Assembly (NCBI GenBank): GCA_036507075.1
Contig: DASXQR010000187.1
Coordinates: forward strand, 1 to 64,000
DNA: 64,000 nucleotides
Source of the DNA: Acidobacteriota bacterium
GTDB taxonomy: Bacteria; Acidobacteriota; UBA6911; JACQSX01
Reading direction: 5' to 3'
Below the pieces are notes generated by a model that saw only the letters and a list, made by a program, of their open reading frames with translations, was not told where the DNA came from and ran no database searches. Both the position numbers and the translations under genes were made by a program. Below are positions 45,716-58,559 of the stretch, one piece after another. Every line of letters begins with the position of its first letter. Position 1 is the stretch's first letter.

Positions 45716-46615
45716 TAGAGCTTCCAGGCGATTTTCCAGCACAAGCTCCGAAGAGAAATTCTCGACCTGTAGGTAATTGGCTGCCGCCTGAATCAACGCC
45801 TCCTGAGGAACCAAGCCAACGATCTCAGTTGAAGCGACTTGAACTCGGCGGCTGGCGGCCTCTTCTCGTACCCGGTCAAATACGCGCTGGATGGGCGTCG
45901 CGCGGTAGTTTGTAAGATTCATTGATACCTGCGTCTGGCGCCGTTCCGGGATTGGCAATCCGAGCGCCCTGACGAATTCGAGTCCGCCGCTGCTGAAGCG
46001 AACCGCCCTGGCAATGTCTTTGGCGATGGTCAGATCTTCCGTCTGCAGAAAAACGTTGAATGCGATTAATACCTCGCGGGCTCCAACCACCGTCGCACCC
46101 GCCGTGGGGTGGACTTTGCGCTCGCCAAAATCAGGCACTCGTGAATCGTCCGTCGAGATTTGATCACGGAGCTGCTCGAATTCTCCTCTACGGATGTCGG
46201 CGAGATTCTTTCTTTCCGGACGGTTAGCTGCCGCCTCATACAAATAGACGGGGATTCCGAAATCACGTGCGATCCTCTTTCCCGTGCGCCGGGCAATCTG
46301 CGCGCATTCCTGGAGAGTGATGTTTCGAATGGGAACGAATGGAATCACGTCGGTGGCTCCTAGCCGCGGATGCGCTCCCTGGTGCCGACTCAGGTCGATC
46401 AATTGTGCCGCTCTTCCGGTGGCACGGACGGCGGCTTCCTCAACCGACGCGGGAGTGCCGGCAAAAGTAATAACAGAGCGGTGATGCGCAGCGTCTTTGT
46501 GCTGGTGCAAAACAATCGCCTGCGGAACGTCGCTAATGGCGGCAACGATCCGGTCGATGACATTCTGGTCCCGCCCTTCGCTGAAATTCGGGACGCATTC
46601 AACAACCGGAGGCAT
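45707..46615 (-). CDS. ftcD: Glutamate formimidoyltransferase
   Basis: VECVPNFSEGR, HPRLGATDV.PFVP and QVSMNL. Confidence 0.93.
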   Translation of the reverse strand: MPPVVECVPNFSEGRDQNVIDRIVAAISDVPQAIVLHQHKDAAHHRSVITFAGTPASVEEAAVRATGRAAQLIDLSRHQGAHPRLGATDVIPFVPIRNITLQECAQIARRTGKRIARDFGIPVYLYEAAANRPERKNLADIRRGEFEQLRDQISTDDSRVPDFGERKVHPTAGATVVGAREVLIAFNVFLQTEDLTIAKDIARAVRFSSGGLEFVRALGLPIPERRQTQVSMNLTNYRATPIQRVFDRVREEAASRRVQVASTEIVGLVPQEALIQAAANYLQVENFSSELVLENRLEALGL

Positions 46616-46644
46616 GCGCTTAGGTTATCACCGGCCAACATCGG

Positions 46645-47012
46645 CCAATAGTCATTGGTCATTAGTCATGGTTTTCGGGTTACGGGTTGGCGGGGTTACG
46701 GGTTTTCGAGTTACGGGTTGGCGGGTTACGGGTTGGCGCGTTGCGGGTTGGCGCGTTGCGGGTTGGCGGGTTCCGGGTTGGCGGGTTACGGGTCGGCGGG
46801 TTGCGGGTCGGCGGGTTGGCGGGTTACAGGTTGGCGCGTTGCGGGTTGGCGGGTTAGTGGTTGGCAGGTTACGGGTTATCCAAAATTGCGATGTCAGGCC
46901 GCGCCTATAATTTCCGGAAGACCCGTAAATTGGAAACCTGTAACTTGGAAACCCGGAACCCGAAAACTCGTAACTCGAAAACCCGTAACCCGAAAACCCG
47001 TAACCCGAAAAC
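46645..47012. repeat. Long inverted GCGGGTT/GGGTTAC arrays
   Basis: Read directly. Confidence 0.88.
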
Positions 47013-47039
47013 CATTACGACGATTCCGAGTGGAAACCG

Positions 47040-47420
47040 TCAAATCCGTGGAGACGGCGGAGGCGTGGAAATCTGAGCCTGTTGTCTTTCGCGCACGAAG
47101 ACGTCAATCAGAGCGGCGTCTTCCCTGCTGATGTCGAGGAATTTCAGCCCCATCCCGGGTTTGCGGGAAGTCTTCGAGTCGTATTCCTTGCTCCAGACTA
47201 CTTCGGCGGCGCATTCTAGCGTCTGCTTATTGCCCGGAAGATTGAAGCGCAGACGCACACTTAGCCCCGGTTGCTTGGGATTGATAGTCTGTATATAGAT
47301 ACCGGTGCTGCTTATGTTTGTGGCGTACCCGAAAAAGACCTCGTGCGCAGCTTCTACGCGTATTTGCCGGATAAGGATCGGGTAACGGAGCCCTACCCGG
47401 CGTGTTGTTTGCTGCACCAA
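47040..47420 (-). CDS. PilZ domain protein
   Basis: RR...R, NISSTG and GMGLKF. Confidence 0.85.
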   Translation of the reverse strand: MVQQTTRRVGLRYPILIRQIRVEAAHEVFFGYATNISSTGIYIQTINPKQPGLSVRLRFNLPGNKQTLECAAEVVWSKEYDSKTSRKPGMGLKFLDISREDAALIDVFVRERQQAQISTPPPSPRI

Positions 47421-47495
47421 AACGGACTCCCGTCAGGCTCACCAACCGTCATAAATTTCCATTATCATATGAATCTTTAACTTCTTTTCAATTCA

Positions 47496-48497
47496 ATGCC
47501 CGTGATTGAAGTTACAAATGTGACCAAAGTTTTTAAGACTTTTGAGCGCCGCGAGGGCGTCTGGGGCGGAATTCAAAACCTCTTTGTGCGGGATTACCGC
47601 GATCTGAGGGCCGTCGACGACATCTCCTTCACGATCGAGGAGGGCGAAATGGTCGGTTACATCGGCGCCAACGGGGCGGGAAAGTCAACCACAATCAAGA
47701 TGCTGACCGGCATCCTGGTCCCCACATCGGGCAAAATCGTCGCTAAAGGCTTGGTACCATTTGAGAACCGGGCTCGCTACACCCGGCATATCGGCGTGGT
47801 TTTTGGCCAGCGCACCCAGTTATGGTGGGACATTGCGGTAGTGGAATCTTTCAAGCTGCTCAAGAAAATCTACGGCGTGTCGGACCAGGATTACGAGCAG
47901 CGCATCAAGATCTTCGATAACGTTCTGGACTTGAAACCCCTGCTGAACAAGCCCGCCCGCAAACTGAGTCTCGGGCAGCGCATGCGCTGTGATCTCGCCG
48001 CGTCTCTGATTCACAACCCGAGCATACTCTTTCTGGACGAGCCTACCATCGGCCTGGATGTAGTCGCGAAAGAAAAGATCCGGCAGTTTCTACGACACAT
48101 CAACCGCGAATTCAAAGTGACGCTTTTGTTGACCACGCACGACTTGTCCGACATTGAAGAACTTTGCCGGCGCATCATGATCATCGACAGGGGAAAACTG
48201 CTTTTTGACGGCCAACTGGCATCGCTCAAGAGCAGGCTGGCGCACACGTCCCAGATTGTCTTCGAACTTAAGGAGCCTGCTCGTGTCAATGTGGGAGAAC
48301 TTGGCCTGAAGGAGGATGTGGAGTTCGAGCAACTGGACGAGATGCGCTGCCGCCTGATATTCAACAAACGGACCATTTCATCCGCAGACCTGATCAAGAC
48401 GATCGTTAATTCCTTTCAGCTGCGTGACCTGGTTCTGGAAGACGCGTCGATCGAAGAGGTGGTGCGGGATATTTACAATCGGGGCATCGCCGAATGA
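47496..48497 (+). CDS. ABC transporter ATP-binding protein
   Basis: GANGAGKST, LSLGQRMR and LDEPT. Confidence 0.95.
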   Translation: MPVIEVTNVTKVFKTFERREGVWGGIQNLFVRDYRDLRAVDDISFTIEEGEMVGYIGANGAGKSTTIKMLTGILVPTSGKIVAKGLVPFENRARYTRHIGVVFGQRTQLWWDIAVVESFKLLKKIYGVSDQDYEQRIKIFDNVLDLKPLLNKPARKLSLGQRMRCDLAASLIHNPSILFLDEPTIGLDVVAKEKIRQFLRHINREFKVTLLLTTHDLSDIEELCRRIMIIDRGKLLFDGQLASLKSRLAHTSQIVFELKEPARVNVGELGLKEDVEFEQLDEMRCRLIFNKRTISSADLIKTIVNSFQLRDLVLEDASIEEVVRDIYNRGIAE

Positions 48498-49288
48498 TCG
48501 CCGCCTACGCCGCATTCGCCCGCGTCTCTTTTCTTCAGATCCTTGCTTATCGAATGCGCTACTTTATCGGGATTGTCACCTATCTGGTTAATGTGACAGT
48601 GTACTACTTCATCTGGAAAGCGCTCTATCGCAACGGCGGCGTCATCCAGGGCTTCACGTTCGGCCAGATGGTGACCTACGTGGCGGTGGGCTGGATCATT
48701 CGGACTTTTTATTTCAATAACATCGATCGGGAGATGGCCAATGACATCCAGCAGGGCCACATCGGGAGCAAGCTGGCACGCCCCGTCAACTATCAGTGGA
48801 TGCATATTTCCCAGGCAGCAGGGGAGTCGCTGTTTCGAATAATGCTTTTCACGGTTCCTACGGCCGCTGTAATCCTGGCGGTTTACCCTGTTCAAGCTCC
48901 CGCGTCATGGCTTGCCTTCACCGCCTTTCTGTGTTCACTGCTCTTCTCGTTCCTGATTTTTGCTTCTGTGAATTTTCTGGTCGGTATCTGCTCGGTTTAC
49001 CTGCATTCAATTCTGGGGTTAATACGAGCAAAATATTTCCTGATCGAGATCTTGTCAGGCCTGATAATTCCGATCAGCTTCTTTCCTGCCTCGCTGGTCC
49101 GCCTGTCTCAATGGCTTCCCTTTCAGCACATCAGTTACACTCCGTTGCTGATCTACATGGGCAAAATCACCGGATTGGGATTGGGCCGTACGATTCTGAT
49201 TGAGTTCGCGTGGGCATCGGCTCTGATACTCGCCGGACATCGCGCCTGGAATCGAGCCGCACGAAAAATAGTTGTGCAGGGAGGCTGA
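48494..49288 (+). CDS. ABC-2 family permease
   Basis: Multi-TM; ends VVQGG. Confidence 0.88.
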   Translation: MIAAYAAFARVSFLQILAYRMRYFIGIVTYLVNVTVYYFIWKALYRNGGVIQGFTFGQMVTYVAVGWIIRTFYFNNIDREMANDIQQGHIGSKLARPVNYQWMHISQAAGESLFRIMLFTVPTAAVILAVYPVQAPASWLAFTAFLCSLLFSFLIFASVNFLVGICSVYLHSILGLIRAKYFLIEILSGLIIPISFFPASLVRLSQWLPFQHISYTPLLIYMGKITGLGLGRTILIEFAWASALILAGHRAWNRAARKIVVQGG

Positions 49289-49319
49289 GGCTGAGTCCGA
49301 GGCGGTTAGTCAGGATTTA

Positions 49320-49465
49320 TTCCGGGTTACGGGTTCCCGGGTTACGAGTTGCGAGTTAGGCTGGCTTGGCGCCTTGGTGGTCGATTCCTTTTGAACCACC
49401 AAGACACCAAGGCACCAAGCCAACCTGACCTGTAACCCGAAAGACCCGCAAACTGCCCGGGTAAG
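49320..49465. repeat. Nested repeat inside the ABC operon
   Basis: GGGTTAC layer around an outward-facing CTTGGTGG...CCACCAAG core. Confidence 0.75.
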
Positions 49466-49477
49466 GAATGCGGTCGG

Positions 49478-50266
49478 ATGAGATATCTCGGAATTCTGGC
49501 GCATTATTTCTTTCAGTACCTGAAAACGCGGCTGGCGAACCGCGGCGATTTTTTCATCGCCGTGATTACAAGCTTTTCCGCAACCGCGGCCAGCTTTGGT
49601 TTCCTGTACATCCTGTTCTTCCGCGTCAGCTCGCTGTCCGGCTGGAAATTTGAGGAGTTGATTTTTATTTATGGTTTCTCCCTCACCTGCCTCGGGTTGT
49701 TCAATGTTGTGAGCCTGAACCTTTATGAGTTCGGGGAGCGCTATGTGATTGAGGGAAGATTCGACCAGGTTTTGCTTCGTCCATTGCCGTCTCTTTTTCA
49801 GGTCCTGTTTGAGGCGTTTCGGATTGAATCCTTTCAGGAAGTTGTCACCGGCCTGGCAGCCATCTTTTACGCCGCGTGGAAGCTGCATCTCAGAGCCGGG
49901 ACACTGGACGTGCTTCTCTTTGTATTCATGGTTTTATGCGGTGCGCTAATCTACACCAGCATTTTTGTGATTCTCACCAGCTTCAGTTTCTGGTTCGAAG
50001 ACAGAATCGGGATCATTCCACCCGTATACAACATGATTCCGTTCGGCCGCTACCCGACCACCATCTATAATTTGTTTATCCAGTTCGTGCTGAGTTGGAT
50101 TATTCCTTTCGCCTTTGCTTCTTTTTATCCTACGACCCTGTTTCTGGGCCATTCGGAATACCGGTTCTTTTTCACGCTCGTACCCCTGATCGCGGCTGTC
50201 TTCGGGTCGCTGGCACTATTTCTGTGGAAAAGGGGCTCGCTGAATTATCAAAGCACGGGGACTTGA
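49478..50266 (+). CDS. ABC-2 family permease
   Basis: G.FDQVLLRP, YP..IY and YQSTG. Confidence 0.88.
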   Translation: MRYLGILAHYFFQYLKTRLANRGDFFIAVITSFSATAASFGFLYILFFRVSSLSGWKFEELIFIYGFSLTCLGLFNVVSLNLYEFGERYVIEGRFDQVLLRPLPSLFQVLFEAFRIESFQEVVTGLAAIFYAAWKLHLRAGTLDVLLFVFMVLCGALIYTSIFVILTSFSFWFEDRIGIIPPVYNMIPFGRYPTTIYNLFIQFVLSWIIPFAFASFYPTTLFLGHSEYRFFFTLVPLIAAVFGSLALFLWKRGSLNYQSTGT

Positions 50267-50320
50267 GCGGCCCCCGCTCCCCCACACTCCCACTCGGTGC
50301 TCGTAGTACAATGAAATCGA

Positions 50321-50821
50321 ATGACGAAATTCAATGGTCTGATTGTCCTTGCGTTGATCCTGGTCACACAGACAGCCGAGCAGGGGAGTTGCAAGATGAT
50401 GGAGACTGAGATTCCAAGATCCACTTCAACCGCGCTGGGCGGTCAGGTTGAGGCCAAACTGGAAATCAATCGCGCTGAGTACACTAATGACCCCGCCAAC
50501 ATCACTGTAGTGCAGGCAAAGTTTACTTTGCGAAATCTGACCGCGCAGCCGATATCGTTCCAGTTCAATTCCGGACAGATTTTTGACTGGTCGATTCTGG
50601 ATGCCCAGGGGCGCAAAGTCTGGAGGTGGTCTGAAGGACGCGTGTTTGTCACCATGATGTCAGAGCGCCAACTGGGCGCAACCCCCTGGAATTTTGAAGA
50701 AGAGATTCCGCTCGCGTCGGAAGACAATATTCCCTATCCTGCCGGCAATTACACGCTGGTCGCCGAACTGGCGGCTGACAAGAAAGCTAGTGCCAGCGTT
50801 CCATTCCGCATTGTGCCCTGA
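50321..50821 (+). CDS. Exported protein with BsuPI-like (proteinase inhibitor) domain
   Basis: F.L.N......F.SGQ.FD..I.D..G..VWRWS.GR.F pattern. Confidence 0.7.
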   Translation: MTKFNGLIVLALILVTQTAEQGSCKMMETEIPRSTSTALGGQVEAKLEINRAEYTNDPANITVVQAKFTLRNLTAQPISFQFNSGQIFDWSILDAQGRKVWRWSEGRVFVTMMSERQLGATPWNFEEEIPLASEDNIPYPAGNYTLVAELAADKKASASVPFRIVP

Positions 50822-50862
50822 CCACGCCAAAAAAACTTCGCAGTTTACCCCAGTGGCCAGTT

Positions 50863-51570
50863 ATGTCCGGCATGGACTTTCGGAGCTTGATTTCTACTTT
50901 GCTGGCGCCCAGTTTCTGCCTGTTTTGTGGCCTTCCGGTGACAGAATTCTCCCTCGGGTCGGTCTGCGCTAGCTGCTGGAACAAGTTGGAGCCGATGAGC
51001 GCGAATTGCTTTCATTGCGGACAACAGTATCCGGCAGGGGACTGTTCGCGATGCGCGCAGTGCGGCCGCCTGCCCGACGTAGACATGGCCCGCAGCTTTG
51101 GAATCTATCGCCGCGAACTAAGTACCGTAATCCGCCAGTACAAATACCGCGCCGATCAAAGTCTGGCTCCGGGACTCTGTCGATTGCTTCGGAATACATT
51201 TGAGCGGTACTGGAAATCAGAGCAGTGGGACGTTGTGGCCACCGTCCCCACGCATTCCTCCCGACTGCGCGAACGAGGGTTCGACCATGTGCAACTACTG
51301 GCTCGGCTGTTCGCAAAAGAGACCGGGGTACCCGCAGTTTCCGCTCTGATCAAGCGAGTCCCCACCAAAACACAGGCAGGGCTGTCAGAGGTCCAGCGGC
51401 GGCGGAATGTCAGGCGAACGTTTCAGTCCGCCCGGACATTCCCTGGCATGCGTGTCCTGCTGCTGGACGACATCCTGACAACCGGCGCTACTGTCAACGA
51501 GTGTGCGCGAATGTTGAAACGGGCGGGGGCCTCACACGTAGGCGTGCTTACCGTTGCGCGGGCAGAATGA
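50863..51570 (+). CDS. comF: ComF family double-zinc-ribbon phosphoribosyltransferase-like protein
   Basis: CxxC pairs, RERGF and LLDDILTTGAT. Confidence 0.88.
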   Translation: MSGMDFRSLISTLLAPSFCLFCGLPVTEFSLGSVCASCWNKLEPMSANCFHCGQQYPAGDCSRCAQCGRLPDVDMARSFGIYRRELSTVIRQYKYRADQSLAPGLCRLLRNTFERYWKSEQWDVVATVPTHSSRLRERGFDHVQLLARLFAKETGVPAVSALIKRVPTKTQAGLSEVQRRRNVRRTFQSARTFPGMRVLLLDDILTTGATVNECARMLKRAGASHVGVLTVARAE

Positions 51571-51574
51571 ATCG

Positions 51575-52005
51575 ATGTGGTCCGTGGTCAGCGGTCAGTT
51601 GAGGGATTGCGGGTTTTCGGGTTACGGGTTTTCGGGTTACGGGTTTTTGGGTTACGGGTTGCGGGTTACGGGTTTTTGGGTTACGGGTTTTCGGGTCACG
51701 GGTTGCGGGTTACGGGTTTACCGGTTTCGTGTTCGGGCTTAAGAATTGATGAATTCCAATATTCAAAAAGTCTCGGAATCGGCAGTCAGGCACATTGGAT
51801 TTTGGATCTGCAATCTGCGAACTCAAACTCGTAACTCGTAACCCGAAAACCCGCAACTCGTAACCCGAAAACCCGTAACCCGTAACCCGAAAACCCGTAA
51901 CCCGAAAACCCATAATCCGTACCCCAAAACCCGCAACCCGTAACTCGAAAACCCGTAACCCGTAAACCAGAAAACCCGTAACCCGTCAACTGACCGCGAC
52001 CACGA
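51575..52005. repeat. Nested heptamer arrays (GTCAG outside, GGGTTAC/GGGTTTTC inside)
   Basis: Mirror layers. Confidence 0.88.
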
Positions 52006-52052
52006 CTATTGAGTTGAAATTCGATGATCGGGTGGTATCATACAGCGCTTCA

Positions 52053-52514
52053 ATGAAGCTCGTGCTTGTCTGGGTTGGGCGTACCCACGACTCCCGACTG
52101 CAAGCCCTCCAGAGGGATTATTTAGGGCGCCTGGAAAAGTTTACCGGCGTCGAGGCGAGGGTTGTGAGGGAATCACCGCGCCGGGAATCTTCGCTGGCTC
52201 AGGCGGAGGAAAAGCGCTGGCTGGAAGAAAAGATTCCAGCCGCTTCCATACTGGTCGCCCTTGATGAGACCGGCAGGCAATATTCCTCGCGCGAGTTTGC
52301 CAGATTTCTGGAAACATTGAGCGCTACGGGAAGACGCAGCGTTACCTTCGTCGTTGGCGGAGTTCACGGTTTGAGCCGGGAATTCACGGCGCGGGCGGAT
52401 TACGTGCTTTCCTTGTCGCCAATGACATGGACGCATGAGATGACACGGGTGCTGTTGCTGGAACAACTGTATCGGGCATTTTCAATCAGTCGAGGATATC
52501 CCTACCACAAATAA
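52053..52514 (+). CDS. rlmH: 23S rRNA (pseudouridine-1915-N3)-methyltransferase
   Basis: LDETG...SS..FA, GG..G, LSLS.MT..HE..R..LLEQLYRA and YHK. Confidence 0.93.
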   Translation: MKLVLVWVGRTHDSRLQALQRDYLGRLEKFTGVEARVVRESPRRESSLAQAEEKRWLEEKIPAASILVALDETGRQYSSREFARFLETLSATGRRSVTFVVGGVHGLSREFTARADYVLSLSPMTWTHEMTRVLLLEQLYRAFSISRGYPYHK

Positions 52515-52579
52515 AGGCAGCCTGACGCGTCGCCGTATCCATGGATGACGGTCCTGGCCGCCGCTGCGAATGAAAACTG

Positions 52580-52954
52580 ATGTCTATGGATGCACGGAAG
52601 CTAAAAAAATTCAGAGATAAGCTGGAAGAAAAAAAAGAAAGCCTGGTAGATGCCGTTCAGCGAAATGAAGCCTATGGACGCGAGGCCAATGTGGAAGTCG
52701 AAACGATGGACACGGGAGACAAAGCTTCCAGTTCCTATACAAAGGAATTCATGTTCAGCCGGTCCAACACCGACCGCCAAGTGCTCAAGCTGATTCAGGA
52801 TGCCATGGAAAGAATGGAAGAAGGCACCTACGGTGATTGCGTTAACTGCGGAAAGCCCGTGGAGCCTAAACGTCTGGAAGCCGTTCCCTGGACGCCTTAC
52901 TGCATTGCCTGCCAGGAACTGGAAGAACGAGGTCTTCTTTCCGGCGAGGCCTGA
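52580..52954 (+). CDS. TraR/DksA C4 zinc finger protein
   Basis: YGDCVNCG..V...RLEAVP....CIACQ. Confidence 0.92.
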   Translation: MSMDARKLKKFRDKLEEKKESLVDAVQRNEAYGREANVEVETMDTGDKASSSYTKEFMFSRSNTDRQVLKLIQDAMERMEEGTYGDCVNCGKPVEPKRLEAVPWTPYCIACQELEERGLLSGEA

Positions 52955-52974
52955 GATTTTCACCACAAACCCAG

Positions 52975-53192
52975 GCCGTGAATGCGGAAGGCGGAATTTG
53001 GAATGCGGAATGCGGAATAAAAAGCTATCAGTGGTCCGTTGTCAGTGATAGTCAGTGATGTGTTATCAATTAGCAGCTAGCAGTTAGTTGTCGTGATCGA
53101 TATTCCGTTCTCGGACAACAACGAACAATGGGCCACTGGCAACTGACAGCTTTTTATTCCGCATTCCGCATTCGGCATTCCGCATTCACGGC
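52975..53192. repeat. Nested arrays (GAATGCG outside, GTCAGT inside)
   Basis: GCGGAATAAAAAGCT...AGCTTTTTATTCCGC symmetry. Confidence 0.85.
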
Positions 53193-53194
53193 CA

Positions 53195-53548
53195 TCAGCC
53201 GCCCGCCGACATACGCACCCGCTTTCCGTCACTCCAAAGCTTTTCCAGATTGTAAAAGCTCCGGTGCGCGGGAACAAAAACGTGAACCAGAAAGTGGGTG
53301 TAGTCAATCAGAATCCACTCTCCCTTCTGGTAACCTTCGACGTGGTCGGCTCTAAGACCATTCTCCTTGAGCCGTTCCACCACCGCGTCCGCCATTGCCT
53401 GCGTCTGGCGTGTATTCTGGCCGCTGGCGATCAGGAAATAGTCGGCAAAACTTGAGACTGCCGACACGTCCAGCAGGACCAGGTCCTGACCCTTTTTATC
53501 TTCCAACGCCTGCCACGCGGTTTTCAGGTCTTCCTTAACGTCTCTCAT
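53195..53548 (-). CDS. rsfS: Ribosome silencing factor
   Basis: DKKG.D, DYFLIASG, WILIDY and YNLEKLW. Confidence 0.93.
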   Translation of the reverse strand: MRDVKEDLKTAWQALEDKKGQDLVLLDVSAVSSFADYFLIASGQNTRQTQAMADAVVERLKENGLRADHVEGYQKGEWILIDYTHFLVHVFVPAHRSFYNLEKLWSDGKRVRMSAGG

Positions 53549-54176
53549 AAAGTCTTTGCTTCTCGATGTACTGATAGACTTTCGCCGGTATCCACTTTTT
53601 CATTTTACGCGCGCCGCAAAGGCGAATCTCCGTGGAGGATACGTCCGGAGCATGCACATCGATCAGAAAACTGCCCTTTTCCCATGGCGCATCCTTTACG
53701 TTGTAGGCCCTGACATATGGCAGAACTGAAGGGTGAATCTTCACTGGCAGGCTTGCGCGGCGCCCTTCGCGCCTTTGCACAAAGATCACGTGAAACTCGC
53801 GCAGTATGTCTTCGTACTTGTGCCAACTGGGAAAGTCGCGCAGCGCATCGCCTCCGGCGATGAAATAAATCCGAATTCTCGACGGAGACTGCCGCTTGAG
53901 CGCACGCAGGGTATCGATGGTATAGCCGGACCCGGTCCGGAGCTCAAAGTCGCAGAGACGGAAACGCCCCTGATCCTGAATCGCAAGCGCCACCATGCTG
54001 CATCGATGCCATTCGGGAGAGATCTTATTGCGGCGCTTGTGCGGCGGCGTGCGGGCCACCAGGAACCAAACTTCGTTCAGCCGGAAAAGACGTCGCACCT
54101 CGCGCGCGATGTGCAGATGCCCTTTGTGAATGGGATCGAAGGTGCCACCCAGGATTCCGACGCGCAATTTTTTCAA
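53535..54176 (-). CDS. nadD: Nicotinate-nucleotide adenylyltransferase
   Basis: [20 protein letters not shown] and SSTEIR. Confidence 0.94.
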   Translation of the reverse strand: MKKLRVGILGGTFDPIHKGHLHIAREVRRLFRLNEVWFLVARTPPHKRRNKISPEWHRCSMVALAIQDQGRFRLCDFELRTGSGYTIDTLRALKRQSPSRIRIYFIAGGDALRDFPSWHKYEDILREFHVIFVQRREGRRASLPVKIHPSVLPYVRAYNVKDAPWEKGSFLIDVHAPDVSSTEIRLCGARKMKKWIPAKVYQYIEKQRLYERR

Positions 54177-55180
54177 GCAACCTGCTGTAGTCTCAAGGCA
54201 AGCAAGTCGACCAGCTCTTTGATTCCCTCGCGTGTGGCAGCGGAGATCGCGACAAAATCGAGCCCCCTCCTTCGCGCCAGAGCTTCGACCGCCCGCAGAC
54301 GCTCCTTATTTTGCAGAATATCTATTTTACTGGCCACGAGAATCTGTGGTTTTTCCGCCAGCAAGGGATTGAAGAGCCCGAGTTCCCGCTGGATAACATC
54401 GTAATCCTTGAGCGGATCACGCCCCGAATGTTCGGAGACGTCAATCAGATGCGCCAGCAGCTTGGTCCGCTCCACATGGCGGAGAAAACGGTCGCCCAGT
54501 CCCGTTCCGCCGTGTGCGCCCTCGATCAGACCGGGAATATCGGCTACTACAATATGCTGATCATCGCTGTATTCGACCACTCCCAGATGTGGCGTTAAAG
54601 TAGTAAACGGATAATCCGCGATCTTGGGGCGCGCGGCCGAAATTACCGAGATGAGCGTGGATTTTCCAACATTGGGAAACCCGATAAGGCCCACGTCCGC
54701 CAACAGCTTCAGTTCCAGGCGCAGGGTCTTTTCTTCGCCCGGCAGGCCGTCTTCAGCTCGCTTGGGAGCCTGATTGGTAGACGACTTAAACGCAGCATTC
54801 CCTCGGCCTCCTTTACCGCCGCGAGCGACCAGAACTTTTTCAAATGGCTTCTGAAAATCATAAAGCAGGCGCCTGTCGTTGTCCTGCTCCTCGAACACCT
54901 GCGTTCCCACGGGCACTTCAATGACCAGGTCCCACCCGTCTCTGCCATGGCAGTCACTACCCATGCCATGCTGACCACGCTCGGCCACGAAATGCTGGTT
55001 GTAACGAAACTGCAACAATGTATTTAGCTGCGGATTGCCGGCAAAGTAAACATCTCCTCCCTTGCCGCCATCCCCGCCGCTGGGGCCGCCGCGCGGGACA
55101 AACTTCTCCCTGCGGAAGGCAATGCAGCCCCTGCCTCCGGCGCCGGCCTTCACATAGATCTTTGCGGTGTCAATGAACAC
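54173..55180 (-). CDS. obgE: GTPase ObgE
   Basis: [27 protein letters not shown] and DIPG. Confidence 0.97.
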   Translation of the reverse strand: MFIDTAKIYVKAGAGGRGCIAFRREKFVPRGGPSGGDGGKGGDVYFAGNPQLNTLLQFRYNQHFVAERGQHGMGSDCHGRDGWDLVIEVPVGTQVFEEQDNDRRLLYDFQKPFEKVLVARGGKGGRGNAAFKSSTNQAPKRAEDGLPGEEKTLRLELKLLADVGLIGFPNVGKSTLISVISAARPKIADYPFTTLTPHLGVVEYSDDQHIVVADIPGLIEGAHGGTGLGDRFLRHVERTKLLAHLIDVSEHSGRDPLKDYDVIQRELGLFNPLLAEKPQILVASKIDILQNKERLRAVEALARRRGLDFVAISAATREGIKELVDLLALRLQQVA

Positions 55181-55243
55181 AGTGTCAGCGGGTGGTCATG
55201 AGCCACAGTCATCGGCCATTGAATAATGCAGTATGACTGACGT

Positions 55244-55358
55244 CGCAAATGCGGAATTCGGGAATGCGGAATGCGGAATAAAAAGAGGTCGATTGCTCTC
55301 GGCTTCCGAGATTAAACGTCGACATACTCCGCATTCCGCATTCCGAATTCCGCAATTT
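55244..55358. repeat. Inverted GAATGCG/ATTCCGC arrays between rpmA and obgE
   Basis: Read directly. Confidence 0.85.
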
Positions 55359-55380
55359 GGTGGTGGAACGCAGGGTGAGC

Positions 55381-55647
55381 TTACTGAGCGGAAGGTGTTG
55401 TCTGGATATGGACCACTCTGCCGCGACGGCCACGATTCTGGAATTTGACAACCCCATCTATTCTGGCAAACAGCGTGTCATCCCTGCCCACACCGACATT
55501 CAGACCGGCCTTGATTGGAGTGCCGCGTTGGCGAACGAGGATCGACCCGCCTGTCACAAACTGGCCGTCAAAACGCTTCACACCGAGACGCTTCGACTGG
55601 CTGTCCCGTCCATTTCTTGAACTTCCTACACCCTTCTTATGAGCCAT
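55381..55647 (-). CDS. rpmA: 50S ribosomal protein L27
   Basis: [16 protein letters not shown]. Confidence 0.98.
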   Translation of the reverse strand: MAHKKGVGSSRNGRDSQSKRLGVKRFDGQFVTGGSILVRQRGTPIKAGLNVGVGRDDTLFARIDGVVKFQNRGRRGRVVHIQTTPSAQ

Positions 55648-55656
55648 GATCCCTGG

Positions 55657-56250
55657 TTACCTCTTTTTCTTTTTCGAATCTGAAGCCTTTGCAGATTTCG
55701 ACTTCGGAGCCGCTTTTTTCTTGCCTGAGGCAGTCTCAGGTTTTCTAGCACCGGCCGATTTCCTGCGCGAAACCGCCGCCCGCGGCGCGGGTTTCTTGGC
55801 AGGGGCTGCTTTTCGGGCCGCCTTGGCCTCTTTTGGTGGAACGACACCCGGCTTTTCCGCGGCTCCTTCCGCCGGCTTACGCGGTCCGGGACCGGGAGTG
55901 AGCGGAGGCCTTTCTTCAGGCGTCCTCTTTCGCTCGGTGTACAGACCCATTTCGTCGATCCGTACCCTCATCAGATACTGGCGATGCCCGCGAGTGCGGC
56001 GATACTGTTTGCGCCTCTTCTTCTTAAAGACGAGGACCTTTGACGAACGAATGACGTCCAGCACTGTGGCAAAAACATTCGCTCTCGCCACCAACGGGGT
56101 GCCGACATTGAGGTTGTCAGTGTCCGAAAACAACAAAACGTCGGCGAAAGTGATGCTGTCTCCGGGCTTGGCCTTCTGCGTTTCCATCTGGATGATGGCG
56201 CCTTCGGAAACTCTCAACTGTTTCCCTCCGGCACGAATCACTGCGTACAC
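55657..56250 (-). CDS. rplU: 50S ribosomal protein L21 with Lys/Ala/Pro-rich C-terminal extension
   Basis: MYAVIRAGGKQ...VFKKKRRKQYRRTRGHRQ followed by about 90 low-complexity residues. Confidence 0.93.
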   Translation of the reverse strand: MYAVIRAGGKQLRVSEGAIIQMETQKAKPGDSITFADVLLFSDTDNLNVGTPLVARANVFATVLDVIRSSKVLVFKKKRRKQYRRTRGHRQYLMRVRIDEMGLYTERKRTPEERPPLTPGPGPRKPAEGAAEKPGVVPPKEAKAARKAAPAKKPAPRAAVSRRKSAGARKPETASGKKKAAPKSKSAKASDSKKKKR

Positions 56251-56426
56251 GACGTTTCCTCCGCCTCACAAAAATAACCATTATACGAGTTGTGATTAGC
56301 CGAAGGCAATAATGGAGTGGATGAACATTCGCGTCAAGCCACGCGTCCCCACCGGCCCAAAGGCCGGTGGAGGTGAGGCGCACCTGTGCTGCGCCGAGGC
56401 GCCCATGTCAGGCCGCCCCTACGGAT

Positions 56427-58487
<2,061 letters not shown>

Positions 58488-58559
58488 TCTCAATAATTGT
58501 TCACTCTACAGGAGAATTCGAGAGCGGGGACCATGCGCCAACGACACCCTGGCGCATTG

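Noticed and set aside
46497..47131. ORFs such as VTGWRVAGWR / GYGLAGYG
   Set aside because: Translations of heptamer arrays; the same applies to ORFs at about 10720, 26864, 51554-51989, 58364-58731 and 59604-59951.
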